Shown piece after piece: positions 26,991 through 39,716 of a stretch of 64,000 bases of DNA. A program made the position numbers and the translations under genes. Origin of the DNA: Balanoglossus misakiensis (lineage: Eukaryota > Animalia > Hemichordata); NCBI GenBank assembly GCA_040954595.2, contig CM082590.2:744001-808000 (forward strand), written 5' to 3'. A model generated the notes under the pieces. That model saw only the letters and a list, made by a program, of their open reading frames with translations, did not search any database and was not told the DNA's origin. The stretch's first letter is position 1. Each line of letters starts with the position of its first letter.

Positions 26991-28909
26991 AGGGTATATG
27001 TAGTTCAAATTTGACATCTACATATCCAGCCGCTAGAGGGCGCTGTTATGTACTTGAATGTCCATGAATATACTTGTAACTCGATCCCGATGTACACCCA
27101 TGTCAAAGATAGCCTTTTCAGGCACTCATAAAATTCACACTAGTATTTACTTTTTATCTACATTCTGGGGGCATCGCAGGGTTGTTCTTTATAAGTTTTT
27201 GAGATTTTTTTTTTCTTTTGTGTCTTTCTTTTATGGAGTTGTTTCTGGGTTTTTTTGTATGTTTTTTTTACAGTATGGGCATACGGCCTGATTTAAAGAA
27301 TAAATAAATAAATAAATAAAATTAGCTACATCCCCATTTGTCAGAATGTAGCACGTCACATATTATTTTGTTTCCATCATTGCAGAATCTGATTGAACAA
27401 TGCTTAAAACCTTTGACAGAAAACATCAGTAAGACAACAAATGGTTGTTACATAAAGTCTGTACATTACGGCTACAGTTACATTGCCTTGGCATAAAGTT
27501 TAGACCTATCATCAGTGGTGCCTTTAATGCAAAATCCTGCCTATTTCACACTGTATGACCTTAATTAAACAAGGATAATGAAGGACGCATACACCACCAA
27601 TGCAAATTTGCAAATTGTATTCAGCCTGGCTTACAAGATAAAATAATGCAGACATGCACAGAAATGTTGCAATTTTCACTCAGGCAACACGACATTGATA
27701 GATAAAACATTGCACTAATGTACCGGTACGGTGGTGTCCAATTCAGGCTTTCAATTGCCTATTGACCAGGCTGTGTTGACAACGCGGATCCACTTCTCTG
27801 GCATGTGTCAGCATCATGTTGCAGACAAGTTGTGTACTGTTTTTCTGGGTGAAGACATTAAATTCACATCATTGGTAAATCCAAAACGGACTGGTTACTC
27901 CACTGAAATTCAGCCTAAGTCTGTGTGATACGCAACTCAGACCAACTCAGCTCAGCTCACATGGCGCGTTGAATTAATCATTCGTTTGCCAGACGGTCTT
28001 ATTTGACCCCCTGTTTATATGGCCTGTGAGGGCGTACTTTACGCGTTAATTTCTGGCCTTCCAACCCTCAGTGGTGATCTCTTCACAGCTGTATTATGCT
28101 AGCTGTTTTAAAAGAACAGTGTCTTCTAAAATAAATCTAGATTGTTCCTTATGAATAAAATCTCAACGAGACAAAACTCATTCAAAAGGGTTGTCTATTG
28201 GCTACTTGCAAATTGGACATTTCGTTAATACAGTCAGAAACAGTGTTAATTTAAAAATGTTTGGGCCGGCTGCATTGTCAATATCACCGAGATTACCCAC
28301 GCGCCACAAATTATTGATAGAAGCGTTTCAACTGCAGGGTCACACAATACATACTAAATGAGAAGAGGATTACTCACCTTAGGCACCTGGGTTCGTGGTG
28401 ACACTCCCCTTTTGGGGAGCGAAAGCACGTCTTTTGTGAAATGTTTAGGAGTCGCGTTTCCTGGACAATGTGCTCTGGGCGGATGCATAGCTTTTCGTTG
28501 CAAAGATAAGAACACTCTAACTAGTCCATGGGCCAGACAGGAATTTGGTATCAGAAAGATGGACAAAGCCTCACATGGTTTTTTGGAAAGGCCTATATCT
28601 CTAGATTATAAATTGGGGTGATAGCCCTGCCTATCGAGTAGCTTTCTGCATTTTTTCCCTCAAAAACTAATGTAAGAACCTAAAAATTTCCGACCCAAAT
28701 TTTGGGGGTAGGGGAACTTTAAATTGCTGTAACTCCAGCAAAACTAAAGCCAGAACAGTCATTTACCACTCAAATTGTGTGTTTTTTAGAACTCTACCAA
28801 TATAATATATTTTGGTGGTAATTCGTTTTGAATTGAGGTCAATAGAGGTCAAAAGGTCATGAAATTTGGGTCATTCTGAAAATTTGTAGTATGACTATTT
28901 CTTGAACGA

Positions 28910-28932
28910 TTAGGGTTAGGGTTAGGGTTAGG
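28910..28932 (+). repeat. Interstitial telomere-type repeat (TTAGGG)3TTAGG
   Basis: Read directly; ends 15 bp before the satellite. Confidence 0.9.
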
Positions 28933-28947
28933 AGGTGTGATCTTGTA

Positions 28948-31900
28948 GAGCTCGCGGCAAACGTCTGAAGCCTCTGACAAGATTCTGCCCACCAGGAGCT
29001 CGCGGCAAACGTCTGAAGCCTCTGACAAGATTCTGCCCACCAGGAGCTCGCGGCAAACGTCTGAAGCCTCTGACAAGATTCTGCCCACCAGGAGCTCGCG
29101 GCAAACGTCTGAAGCCTCTGACAAGATTCTGCCCACCAGGAGCTCGCGGCAAACGTCTGAAGCCTCTGACAAGATTCTGCCCACCAGGAGCTCGCGGCAA
29201 ACGTCTGAAGCCTCTGACAAGATTCTGCCCACCAGGAGCTCGCGGCAAACGTCTGAAGCCTCTGACAAGATTCTGCCCACCAGGAGCTCGCGGCAAACGT
29301 CTGAAGCCTCTGACAAGATTCTGCCCACCAGGAGCTCGCGACGTTTGCCCACCAGGAGCTCGCGGCAAACGTCTGAAGCCTCTGACAAGATTCTGCCCAC
29401 CAGGAGCTCGCGGTAAACGTCTGAAGCCTCTGACAAGATTCTGCCCACCAGGAGCTCGCGACGTTTGCCCACCAGGAGCTCGCGGCAAACGTCTGAAGCC
29501 TCTGACAAGATTCTGCCCACCAGGAGCTCGCGGCAAACGTCTAAAGCCTCTGACAAGATTCTGCCCACCAGGAGCTCGCGGCAAACGTCTGAAGCCTCTG
29601 ACAAGATTCTGCCCACCAGGAGCTCGCGGCAAACGTCTGAAGCCTCTGACAAGATTCTGCCCACCAGGAGCTCGCGGCAAACGTCTGAAGCCTCTGACAA
29701 GATTCTGCCCACCAGGAGCTCGCGGCAAACGTCTGAAGCCTCTGACAAGATTCTGCCCACCAGGAGCTCGCGGCAAACGTCTGAAGCCTCTGACAAGATT
29801 CTGCCCACCAGGAGCTCGCGACGTTTGCCCACCAGGAGCTCGCGGCAAACGTCTGAAGCCTCTGACAAGATTCTGCCCACCAGGAGCTCGCGGCAAACGT
29901 CTGAAGCCTCTGACAAGATTCTGCCCACCAGGAGCTCGCGGCAAACGTCTGAAGCCTCTGACAAGATTCTGCCCACCAGGAGCTCGCGGCAAACGTCTGA
30001 AGCCTCTGACAAGATTCTGCCCACCAGGAGCTCGCGGCAAACGTCTGAAGCCTCTGACAAGATTCTGCCCACCAGGAGCTCGCGGCAAACGTCTGAAGCC
30101 TCTGACAAGATTCTGCCCACCAGGAGCTCGCGGCAAACGTCTGAAGCCTCTGACAAGATTCTGCCCACCAGGAGCTCGCGGCAAACGTCTAAAGCCTCTG
30201 ACAAGATTCTGCCCACCAGGAGCTCGCGGCAAACGTCTGAAGCCTCTGACAAGATTCTGCCCACCAGGAGCTCGCGGCAAACGTCTGAAGCCTCTGACAA
30301 GATTCTGCCCACCAGGAGCTCGCGGCAAACGTCTGAAGCCTCTGACAAGATTCTGCCCACCAGGAGCTCGCGGCAAACGTCTGAAGCCTCTGACAAGATT
30401 CTGCCCACCAGGAGCTCGCGGCAAACGTCTAAAGCCTCTGACAAGATTCTGCCCACCAGGAGCTCGCGGCAAACGTCTGAAGCCTCTGACAAGATTCTGC
30501 CCACCAGGAGCTCGCGGCAAACGTCTGAAGCCTCTGACAAGATTCTGCCCACCAGGAGCTCGCGACGTTTGCCCACCAGGAGCTCGTGGCAAACGTCTGA
30601 AGCCTCTGACAAGATTCTGCCCACCAGGAGCTCGCGGCAAACGTCTGAAGCCTCTGACAAGATTCTGCCCACCAGGAGCTCGCGACGTTTGCCCACCAGG
30701 AGCTCGCGGCAAACGTCTGAAGCCTCTGACAAGATTCTGCCCACCAGGAGCTCGCGGCAAACGTCTGAAGCCTCTGACAAGATTCTGCCCACCAGGAGCT
30801 CGCGACGTTTGCCCACCAGGAGCTCGCGGCAAACGTCTGAAGCCTCTGACAAGATTCTGCCCACCAGGAGCTCGCGGCAAACGTCTGAAGCCTCTGACAA
30901 GATTCTGCCCACCAGGAGCTCGCGGCAAACGTCTAAAGCCTCTGACAAGATTCTGCCCACCAGGAGCTCGCGGCAAACGTCTGAAGCCTCTGACAAGATT
31001 CTGCCCACCAGGAGCTCGCGGCAAACGTCTGAAGCCTCTGACAAGATTCTGCCCACCAGGAGCTCGCGGCAAACGTCTGAAGCCTCTGACAAGATTCTGC
31101 CCACCAGGAGCTCGCGGCAAACGTCTGAAGCCTCTGACAAGATTCTGCCCACCAGGAGCTCGCGGCAAACGTCTGAAGCCTCTGACAAGATTCTGCCCAC
31201 CAGGAGCTCGCGGCAAACGTCTGAAGCCTCTGACAAGATTCTGCCCACCAGGAGCTCGCGACGTTTGCCCACCAGGAGCTCGCGGCAAACGTCTGAAGCC
31301 TCTGACAAGATTCTGCCCACCAGGAGCTCGCGGCAAACGTCTAAAGCCTCTGACAAGATTCTGCCCACCAGGAGCTCGCGGCAAACGTCTGAAGCCTCTG
31401 ACAAGATTCTGCCCACCAGGAGCTCGCGGCAAACGTCTGAAGCCTCTGACAAGATTCTGCCCACCAGGAGCTCGCGACGTTTGCCCACCAGGAGCTCGCG
31501 GCAAACGTCTGAAGCCTCTGACAAGATTCTGCCCACCAGGAGCTCGCGGCAAACGTCTGAAGCCTCTGACAAGATTCTGCCCACCAGGAGCTCGCGGCAA
31601 ACGTCTGAAGCCTCTGACAAGATTCTGCCCACCAGGAGCTCGCGGCAAACGTCTGAAGCCTCTGACAAGATTCTGCCCACCAGGAGCTCGCGGCAAACGT
31701 CTGAAGCCTCTGACAAGATTCTGCCCACCAGGAGCTCGCGGCAAACGTCTGAAGCCTCTGACAAGATTCTGCCCACCAGGAGCTCGCGACGTTTGCCCAC
31801 CAGGAGCTCGCGGCAAACGTCTGAAGCCTCTGACAAGATTCTGCCCACCAGGAGCTCGCGGCAAACGTCTGAAGCCTCTGACAAGATTCTGCCCACCAGG

Positions 31901-33308
31901 AGCTCGCGGCAAACGTCTGAAGCCTCTGACAAGATTCTGCCCACCAGGAGCTCGCGGCAAACGTCTAAAGCCTCTGACAAGATTCTGCCCACCAGGAGCT
32001 CGCGGCAAACGTCTGAAGCCTCTGACAAGATTCTGCCCACCAGGAGCTCGCGGCAAACGTCTGAAGCCTCTGACAAGATTCTGCCCACCAGGAGCTCGCG
32101 ACGTTTGCCCACCAGGAGCTCGCGGCAAACGTCTGAAGCCTCTGACAAGATTCTGCCCACCAGGAGCTCGCGGCAAACGTCTGAAGCCTCTGACAAGATT
32201 CTGCCCACCAGGAGCTCGCGACGTTTGCCCACCAGGAGCTCGCGGCAAACGTCTGAAGCCTCTGACAAGATTCTGCCCACCAGGAGCTCGCGGCAAACGT
32301 CTGAAGCCTCTGACAAGATTCTGCCCACCAGGAGCTCGCGGCAAACGTCTAAAGCCTCTGACAAGATTCTGCCCACCAGGAGCTCGCGGCAAACGTCTGA
32401 AGCCTCTGACAAGATTCTGCCCACCAGGAGCTCGCGGCAAACGTCTGAAGCCTCTGACAAGATTCTGCCCACCAGGAGCTCGCGGCAAACGTCTGAAGCC
32501 TCTGACAAGATTCTGCCCACCAGGAGCTCGCGGCAAACGTCTGAAGCCTCTGACAAGATTCTGCCCACCAGGAGCTCGCGGCAAACGTCTGAAGCCTCTG
32601 ACAAGATTCTGCCCACCAGGAGCTCGCGGCAAACGTCTGAAGCCTCTGACAAGATTCTGCCCACCAGGAGCTCGCGGCAAACGTCTGAAGCCTCTGACAA
32701 GATTCTGCCCACCAGGAGCTCGCGGCAAACGTCTGAAGCCTCTGACAAGATTCTGCCCACCAGGAGCTCGCGGCAAACGTCTGAAGCCTCTGACAAGATT
32801 CTGCCCACCAGGAGCTCGCGACGTTTGCCCACCAGGAGCTCGCGGCAAACGTCTGAAGCCTCTGACAAGATTCTGCCCACCAGGAGCTCGCGGCAAACGT
32901 CTGAAGCCTCTGACAAGATTCTGCCCACCAGGAGCTCGCGGCAAACGTCTGAAGCCTCTGACAAGATTCTGCCCACCAGGAGCTCGCGGCAAACGTCTGA
33001 AGCCTCTGACAAGATTCTGCCCACCAGGAGCTCGCGGCAAACGTCTGAAGCCTCTGACAAGATTCTGCCCACCAGGAGCTCGCGACGTTTGCCCACCAGG
33101 AGCTCGCGGCAAACGTCTGAAGCCTCTGACAAGATTCTGCCCACCAGGAGCTCGCGGCAAACGTCTAAAGCCTCTGACAAGATTCTGCCCACCAGGAGCT
33201 CGCGGCAAACGTCTGAAGCCTCTGACAAGATTCTGCCCACCAGGAGCTCGCGGCAAACGTCTGAAGCCTCTGACAAGATTCTGCCCACCAGGAGCTCGCG
33301 GCAAACGT
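28948..33308. repeat. Homogeneous satellite: ~84 x 48-bp units plus 13 x 24-bp variants
   Basis: Unit gagctcgcggcaaacgtctgaagcctctgacaagattctgcccaccag; variant gagctcgcgacgtttgcccaccag; recurring ctgaag>ctaaag substitution. Confidence 0.98.
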
Positions 33309-33638
33309 ATAAAACCTCTTTTAATGTGATCAATTTACACCCGTGGCCTAATTAATAGGATTGTGTTTTCAGAAGTGTCTCTGCGTCAAAATGCCAAGCA
33401 AATAACATGTAAATTCATCATCGTTGGAAAACGAATATAACAGTCGCTCTAGGGAAATCAACCTTGCACAGTCACTGGCACCCATCACACATACACAAAA
33501 TAACTTGGAACGGACAAATAAATGTACATTTTGGCAGTCGCGCTGTAAGATTTTTTATGGTATGTCTATCACCTATCAAAATACATTTCAGTCGACGTAA
33601 ATAGGAAAATAAAATGATTAATTAAATTAACACCACTG

Positions 33639-33729
33639 ACTGAGATCACCTCGCACCAAAACCCAGAAAAAAAACCCCACAGTTTCTCAGTGGTTAAAAA
33701 AATCTGGGAAAGCGTTAGGCAATCTCAGT
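33639..33729 (-). other. Double-ENE-like RNA hairpin (two U-rich internal loops) in the predicted 3' UTR of the KDZ gene
   Basis: Minus strand ACUGAGAUUGCCU-AA-CGC-UUU-CCCAGA-U7AA-CCAC..GUGG-GG-U-tract-UCUGGG-UUUUGGU-GCG-AGGUGAUCUCAGU. The G-U wobbles work only on the minus strand. It starts ~43 nt after the predicted stop. Confidence 0.65.
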
Positions 33730-33771
33730 TTTAAATTACAATTGAATCAAACGGAAGAAAACATTGGTGTA

Positions 33772-34941
33772 CTATGGTGTCACCCACGCTGATCCAGTCT
33801 CTAGTACAACTTCTCTATGACGTTGTAAACTGTAAACAAATAAATGAAAAAAATGGGTTAATTAAGTAAAATGCTTTTTACGACACCCCGAAGCGTTGAT
33901 GTGTTAATGCCATTAATTTTCAGGAAAAGTTTGAGAACTACTGAAGAAATCCTCTTCACCCCCGTCACCGTAATCATACAAAAGCTCTTTGCATTCCAAA
34001 ACTCGTAGAATAAAGCTAGACGTTTCGAGCAAAATAATCTTTATCAACAGCAAAAGAAATGTCTAAACACTTTACTGATGTCTATTCAGTAAAGTGTTCA
34101 GACATTTCTTTTGATAAAGAGTATTTTGCTCGAAACATCTAGCTTTGTTCTACGAGATTTGGAATGTTGTTACTTCGTTATTATGACTTTTATATCTATC
34201 CTTACCTGACTGTGTCAACGTACTGACTGCATAGTTTTATCGATGAACCAAAAGGGTCATGCCATACAAACTGTTTGGCAGTTTTATCTATTACCTGTGC
34301 CGAGAAAAGCATTATAATATCAATATTGTAAATATTGAATAACAGATTAATGTGTTTTATGAATATTAGTGATGTTTTGTAATGTATTGCACAAGAAAAG
34401 TTTGCATCAAAGCACATTGTAAATTAAGGTGGAGATGCATAAAACCAAGACTTCAAAGATGATCTATTTTCAAGCTATCCTTCCACACCGTTAATAGAGG
34501 GAACACCTCCAAACCATATACTTTCTGAAAGTAAGGTCTTCCTCGTGTTTTATGTGTCTAGTTTGTTAGTGTTTGTCAATTTGTGACAAATGTGGGAAAA
34601 ATACGTAATGGCAGAAATGGTTCTCTAAGGACAGAGGAAATCAGAGGAATCCAATCCAGTGCACAAGTCCCTGTTACAGTTCCTGTGGTAGCCTCGGGCT
34701 AATTACATAATGTGTCGAAAAATAGTAAATTTCAGGAAATCACAAAGCAGACATGTACTGTAGTTGCTTTTTTACTGAGAATACATGTACATGTATTCAT
34801 TTGTGGATGTACTGTGTTATGATGTGTATACAAATTAAGTATATTTTCATAGCACTTTGGAGTTGAACTCACCAGTAAACAACAATGACATTCACCAGTA
34901 TTGATTGGCATTAGTATTTTATCAGCAGTATCAATTTGTGC
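33772..34941 (-). pseudogene. Partial Ulp1/SENP (C48)-like peptidase exons at the end of the KDZ gene
   Basis: DKILMPINTGECHCCLL|VIDKTAKQFVWHDPFG resembles the PIN..HW.L.VID..YDS/P motif, with HW changed to HC. No Q..CG catalytic-Cys motif is seen before the stop. Confidence 0.6.
33992..34166. repeat. ~175-bp palindrome in the last intron
   Basis: cattccaaa..gtagaa.aaagctaga is mirrored by tctagcttt.ttctacgagatttggaatg. Confidence 0.85.
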
Positions 34942-35697
34942 CTAGTAAAAACAAGACCAAAACACATTTATTTGAAATCTCTTAATATCACATCTAAAAC
35001 TTTTAAGATAATTTACTGAAAGTTATGCTTTTTCAGATTCTTGTGCGCAGTACTTCCAATATATGGTATTATGCATCCTAGATCCGAATGTTTTAAGAGA
35101 TTAAGAGATTTAAGAGATTCTAAAGAACGTAGTACATGTATGCACATCACCAACATCTGGTACCGAAATATGATAACCACAAACCCCCACACTTCTGACC
35201 AGTGCCCCTGCATGTTTGTGAACCTAGTACATGTATGTTCACAAAGTTCTGGTTCATACACTTGCTGTCTGCTCTGTATATATAATGGAGTTGCACTGTA
35301 AAGTTATCTGTTCATAATTGCAATCACCACCCTTTCATGCCAATTCAGAAGCATATGTATGTTTATAAGTATAAATGTAATAGTTAATCAAGGGAGGAAA
35401 AAGGCTATCAGACCTATTACAGCTTTACCAAAATTAGATTTTTAAATTGAACAAGTCATGAACAGCTATCTGTCTGGTGACTAAACAATAATCAGGCTTA
35501 CCGGTTACACTAAAATTGTTCAATTGAAATATTAGAAACCTTACATCTATCATGGGGAGGAAAAATGAATTGTGATAATAACATAACTCAAATATGAACA
35601 ATTGTGCTAGTTTATTAAAACATTTAGTAAAACAATGAGTGATAATTTGCAACAATACTTGTCCTATAGACATGCAGGACAACAACAACACATATTG

Positions 35698-36138
35698 AAC
35701 ACCTATTGTCTGGCCATGAGGGCCATAGCAGCCGTTTATTACACCAGAGGGGCTGTGAGTTACCAGAATCATATGCTATTTCCCGAGGCCGCATAGCATA
35801 TGATTCTGGTAACTCACAGTCACGAGGGGGTAAAAACGGCTGCTATGGCCCGAATATAGGCCAGGCTATAGGTGTTTTATAATAAACCTCATGCTATTAC
35901 AGCTGGGAAAATCTTGCAATTTTCTCTTGAGGTTGGCAGACGACATCTTCCGCGGTGGCCATTGTGTCAGACGACGCTACGCTGATTGACGTGACCGAGT
36001 CTGCGCACTCACGCTGGTCACGTGACCGGTTAATATTTTTTCTGCTATTTCCCTAGCAGTTCATAGTCGATTCTATTTTCCTATCACGTGACGGATTCTG
36101 GCGAATCACGGCACAGTATTAGCATGAGGTATATTATA
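35698..36138. mobile_element. Palindromic non-autonomous element with the same architecture as 22773-23118
   Basis: ~180-bp palindrome centred on cccgaggccgc, then a second IR tataataaacctcatgcta..tagcatgaggtatattata enclosing cacgtgac and gaatcacg. Confidence 0.7.
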
Positions 36139-36328
36139 CATATATATATATATATGCAATATCTTTAATCAACACATGCATATCTTGTCTTTTTTGTGAT
36201 TTGTATATGTTACCTCTTCTTTCTCTTGCTGTGATAATACATGTACTTTGCTTTTAACCTGCAAGTTACTGTGTCCTAATTTTAGATATCAAATTATAAT
36301 CTTAATATTTATATTAATACTAGTCTAA

Positions 36329-37411
36329 GGGACTGTCCAGAATTTACTTCCAGGGGGGGGGGGGGGGCTGGAGGATTTTCAGGAGGGGCCACCCATTTTC
36401 CCCAAGAAAAATTAGGGGGGGGGGGTCAGACATAAAAATCACAATCCCTTAGGAGGGGGGGGGGGGGCATGTAAAAAAACCTCACAAACTCAATATTTGC
36501 CCATAAGTACTGATTTATAAGAAACAAACCACCATGGCTACCTGGATGACAGATGAACTCCACAAGTGCATTAAATCTTCATAAACTTGAAATTCCGGTA
36601 ATTTTTACGATGGGTTATTTTGTATATCTACTACAGTTTTTTGTTCTACTCTGTGAAGCATAATAAAATGCCCGGTATTTGGTCTGCCAGCACAGACCAT
36701 ATATGTACAATGAACAGTCAGTGTTGTTACTGTTGACGAGCTCAATTCAAGTCCAGACTAGAATTCATTAATTTTCTCATCAATCATTCATATATGTATA
36801 TAAAAAGTTAACTTGCTTTTGGGTTCATTAAAATGCAGCTTTGAGCTCTGTATTTTATAAAATTTTCTTACGTGGCAGGGGGACACCCCCTCCCAAACCC
36901 GCCCCCTTCACTTCTCGGTTTATAATATCTGCAAACACAGAATACAAATACTTAAAAAATATAAACAATGTTCAATTTTAATATCCACGGATGAGGAAAA
37001 CATCAGTTTCAAATTCTATTCATGGGAGCGCTGTTTTTCTTTTTTTTACAAGTTTTTTTACAAGATAGATAGGTGGGGGGTGGGATTTCAAAATTTTAAG
37101 CTGTTCGGAAGGGGGGGATTTGAAAATATTTCGGGTTGTGCATGTGAAAATTAACTGTAAAAAAATGTAATTCTCCTGTCCCCCCCTCCAGAGGTGTTTG
37201 TAAATGCAGCCTTATCAGACTGTATGTGTCGTAGTCTGTAAGCATGCATGTATATATTGGGGGGGGGGGGGGGTCATGGAAAAAAAACAGGAAATTTAAG
37301 GGGGGGCCACAGATTTCAACCACAATTTACAAGGGGGGGCATGGAAAAAAAATCACCAGGAAAATAAGAAATCCTCCAGCCCCACCCTGGAAGTAAATTC
37401 TGGACAGTCCC
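36329..37411. mobile_element. PIF/Harbinger-type MITE carrying a nested fragment (~36820-37211) of the GGCTGC family
   Basis: TIR GGGACTGTCCAGAATTTACTTCCAGGG with TAA duplicated on both flanks. The internal part matches 22140-22557, including its right TIR. Confidence 0.88.
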
Positions 37412-37631
37412 TAAGATATACAAAACCATACAAAAAATAAAATTCACCATAAACCTGAGTAGATCAGTATGATAACTGCTGAAACTGATGTATGTGTATT
37501 TATGAAAGACAATTACATTTATTTATTTTGTAACAATCTGTGATACTAGCAAAATTTAATAGATACAATTCTGCATTTTGGGTGTTAAAAACAAATATTT
37601 CATGTTTTAACTAAAGTCAATAAGTCCTTAC

Positions 37632-38612
37632 CTGGAACACTCTCATCAAAGTCTAGGCTCTGATAGTGATTCTCAAAGTAGTGAGCAAGTAGAATCATTG
37701 GGCCATCCCCACCCGGTATAATTTCTTGTACTACATCACTAGCATCGCCGTCAGGAGAACTTGTGACTACAAGTATGTCATGCTTAATGTATTCTGCTGT
37801 TTTCGTGACAACAATATGGTCCACATAAGAGCTATCTCTAGCCATTTCATCTACATAGTCTTGCCATGTCTTGGATGAAGTATGGTTAAGAAGATGAACG
37901 GCATCTTTCTGAAATTAAAGGAGGGAAATCACATTTAGGTATAAATTCACATCCCTACTACCCTGGCAATGCAACTTTCTGGAATTTGATGTTGAACCAA
38001 GAAAACAAACAAACAAAACAAAACAAAAAATCGATCATACTTTTACAGATGACAGAGGCAAACTATAGATATATGTATGCCACAGTTGCACTATGTAAGT
38101 GTTTTTGTTTGTGTTGTTATCTGAACACAGAAAGATGCCCAGGCATGGCCGTATCATAGTACAATCTTGTTACTTGTACAATCTTTTTAATTGTGACAAT
38201 GTCCCCAACTATATAAGTCCTGATAAGTTACATCAACATGTATCAAAAGTATCTGTTCTGATCAGTTTTCACTGTCAATTAATTGGTTTCACACACACAA
38301 TAATGCTTCTTTAACACATAGACACACTGGTCCTAATTTCAAGCTGTCTGAGCAAAACATTATAATCACATGCACTTACATCTTCAGGGTGATTGGAAAT
38401 GGACTGTACCACTTCTCGTCGTAGTTGTATGTGATTGATACTTGATAATTCATCTATACGCTTCAGCTGGTCTGCGACAGCATGAAAGAAGCAGTTTCCA
38501 TCACCTGGTGTGGTTCCACGCATTTTTAGGCCAAGTCTATGAATATTTCTTAGTAGAAGCTCACGGGTGATTGGAATATCTTTCTTTATGTCATCTGTAG
38601 CAGTCTTCGAAT
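37632..38612 (-). CDS. OTU-family cysteine protease domain (two exons of the KDZ gene)
   Basis: TPGDGNCFFHAVADQL..HIQLRREVV / WQDYVDEMARDSSYVDHIVV..LLAHYFENHYQSL. The catalytic Cys and His are present and both exons are open and in phase. Confidence 0.85.
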
Positions 38613-39716
38613 CTGAAATGTAATAGAACATTCATGGTGGATAATGACAAGATCACATGGTATCGCTTTATCCCCTGGCCACTCCCCTTTACTGACTACG
38701 TATATAAGTGCTGCATTTTAGGGTGCTGTTTTGAGACTGTAGGACTAAAATGGGGCTTATTTATTTTAGGTTGATTATTCAAAAATTGAATTTTCCCTAC
38801 AACAATTGAAATCATTTTATTTGGTGCACGACAGGTCTTATGATGAAATACTCCACAATTTTGCTAGTTCAAGAGGGGGTTATCATGAACTATAACTTAC
38901 TTCCAATGTCCGACTTGGCACAAAATACGCAGTTCTGTGAACATGGCACAACATAAATACTACAACTATAATGGGTCCAGGGACCTTTTAAATAATTGCC
39001 TGGTAATGTGGGGTCTAGCTAGGTGAAAGCATTGGCTGCACACTCCAACCACAGCTTGTGACACACACATCCCCCACCCCCATTCAACATATTTTATCAC
39101 CTTGTTTAACAGTTCCATACAATTTTCTGCTCGTATCTTTGGTATTACTGTGAAGATTCTTATGGACTGATGTGACAGCACAAACCGGGTCAGTTTGGTC
39201 TAATGCTGCCTTGCTCAAGTCTGAAATGAGGGTTAAACAAAAAATATGTTGAAAATTTACGCTACCGACAAATAAGAATGTCACCTTTAATAACACACAT
39301 CAGTTGAATTAGACACAACTTCAACATTTTTTTTAAATATTTTGTAACACTTCTTATCTTCAACATATTTCAGAATACATTGTATGCTCCTATATAAATG
39401 TTGACAAAATGAGTCATAACATGGGAAATTTATAATACAATGTCTACCAGGTGGGCTCAGACTTGTATTTTGACATATAGTTATATGAAACCATCCTAAT
39501 TCTGACTTTAAATGAGATCTAAATGGATCTTGATGGATGTTCAATATTATCAAGGTTCATATTAATGCATCTTGTCAAAACTAAAATATAAATTATATAA
39601 TTATCAAATATAATCTGTTAAACATCCCACTCGCGGTTTTGTCAAAAAAAAAGAAAAAAAAGCACACAAAATGAATCGATTTTGTTGCATTATCTGTCTG
39701 GAACAACACACTTTAA

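Noticed and set aside
28910-28932. True telomere or fusion site
   Set aside because: Under four repeats, wrong orientation relative to the satellite, and no head-to-head CCCTAA block.
28948-33308. CRISPR array
   Set aside because: There are no unique spacers and no cas genes, and the context is eukaryotic.
28849-33355. Three giant ORFs of 1296-1494 aa
   Set aside because: They are overlapping frames on both strands of a satellite whose unit lengths are multiples of 3. There is no synonymous-type variation, no unique domain, and two of them start at non-ATG codons.
33639-33729. H/ACA snoRNA, SECIS or pre-miRNA reading of the hairpin
   Set aside because: No H or ACA box follows the stem, there is no AUGA/GA quartet, and the large U-rich internal loops do not fit a Drosha substrate.
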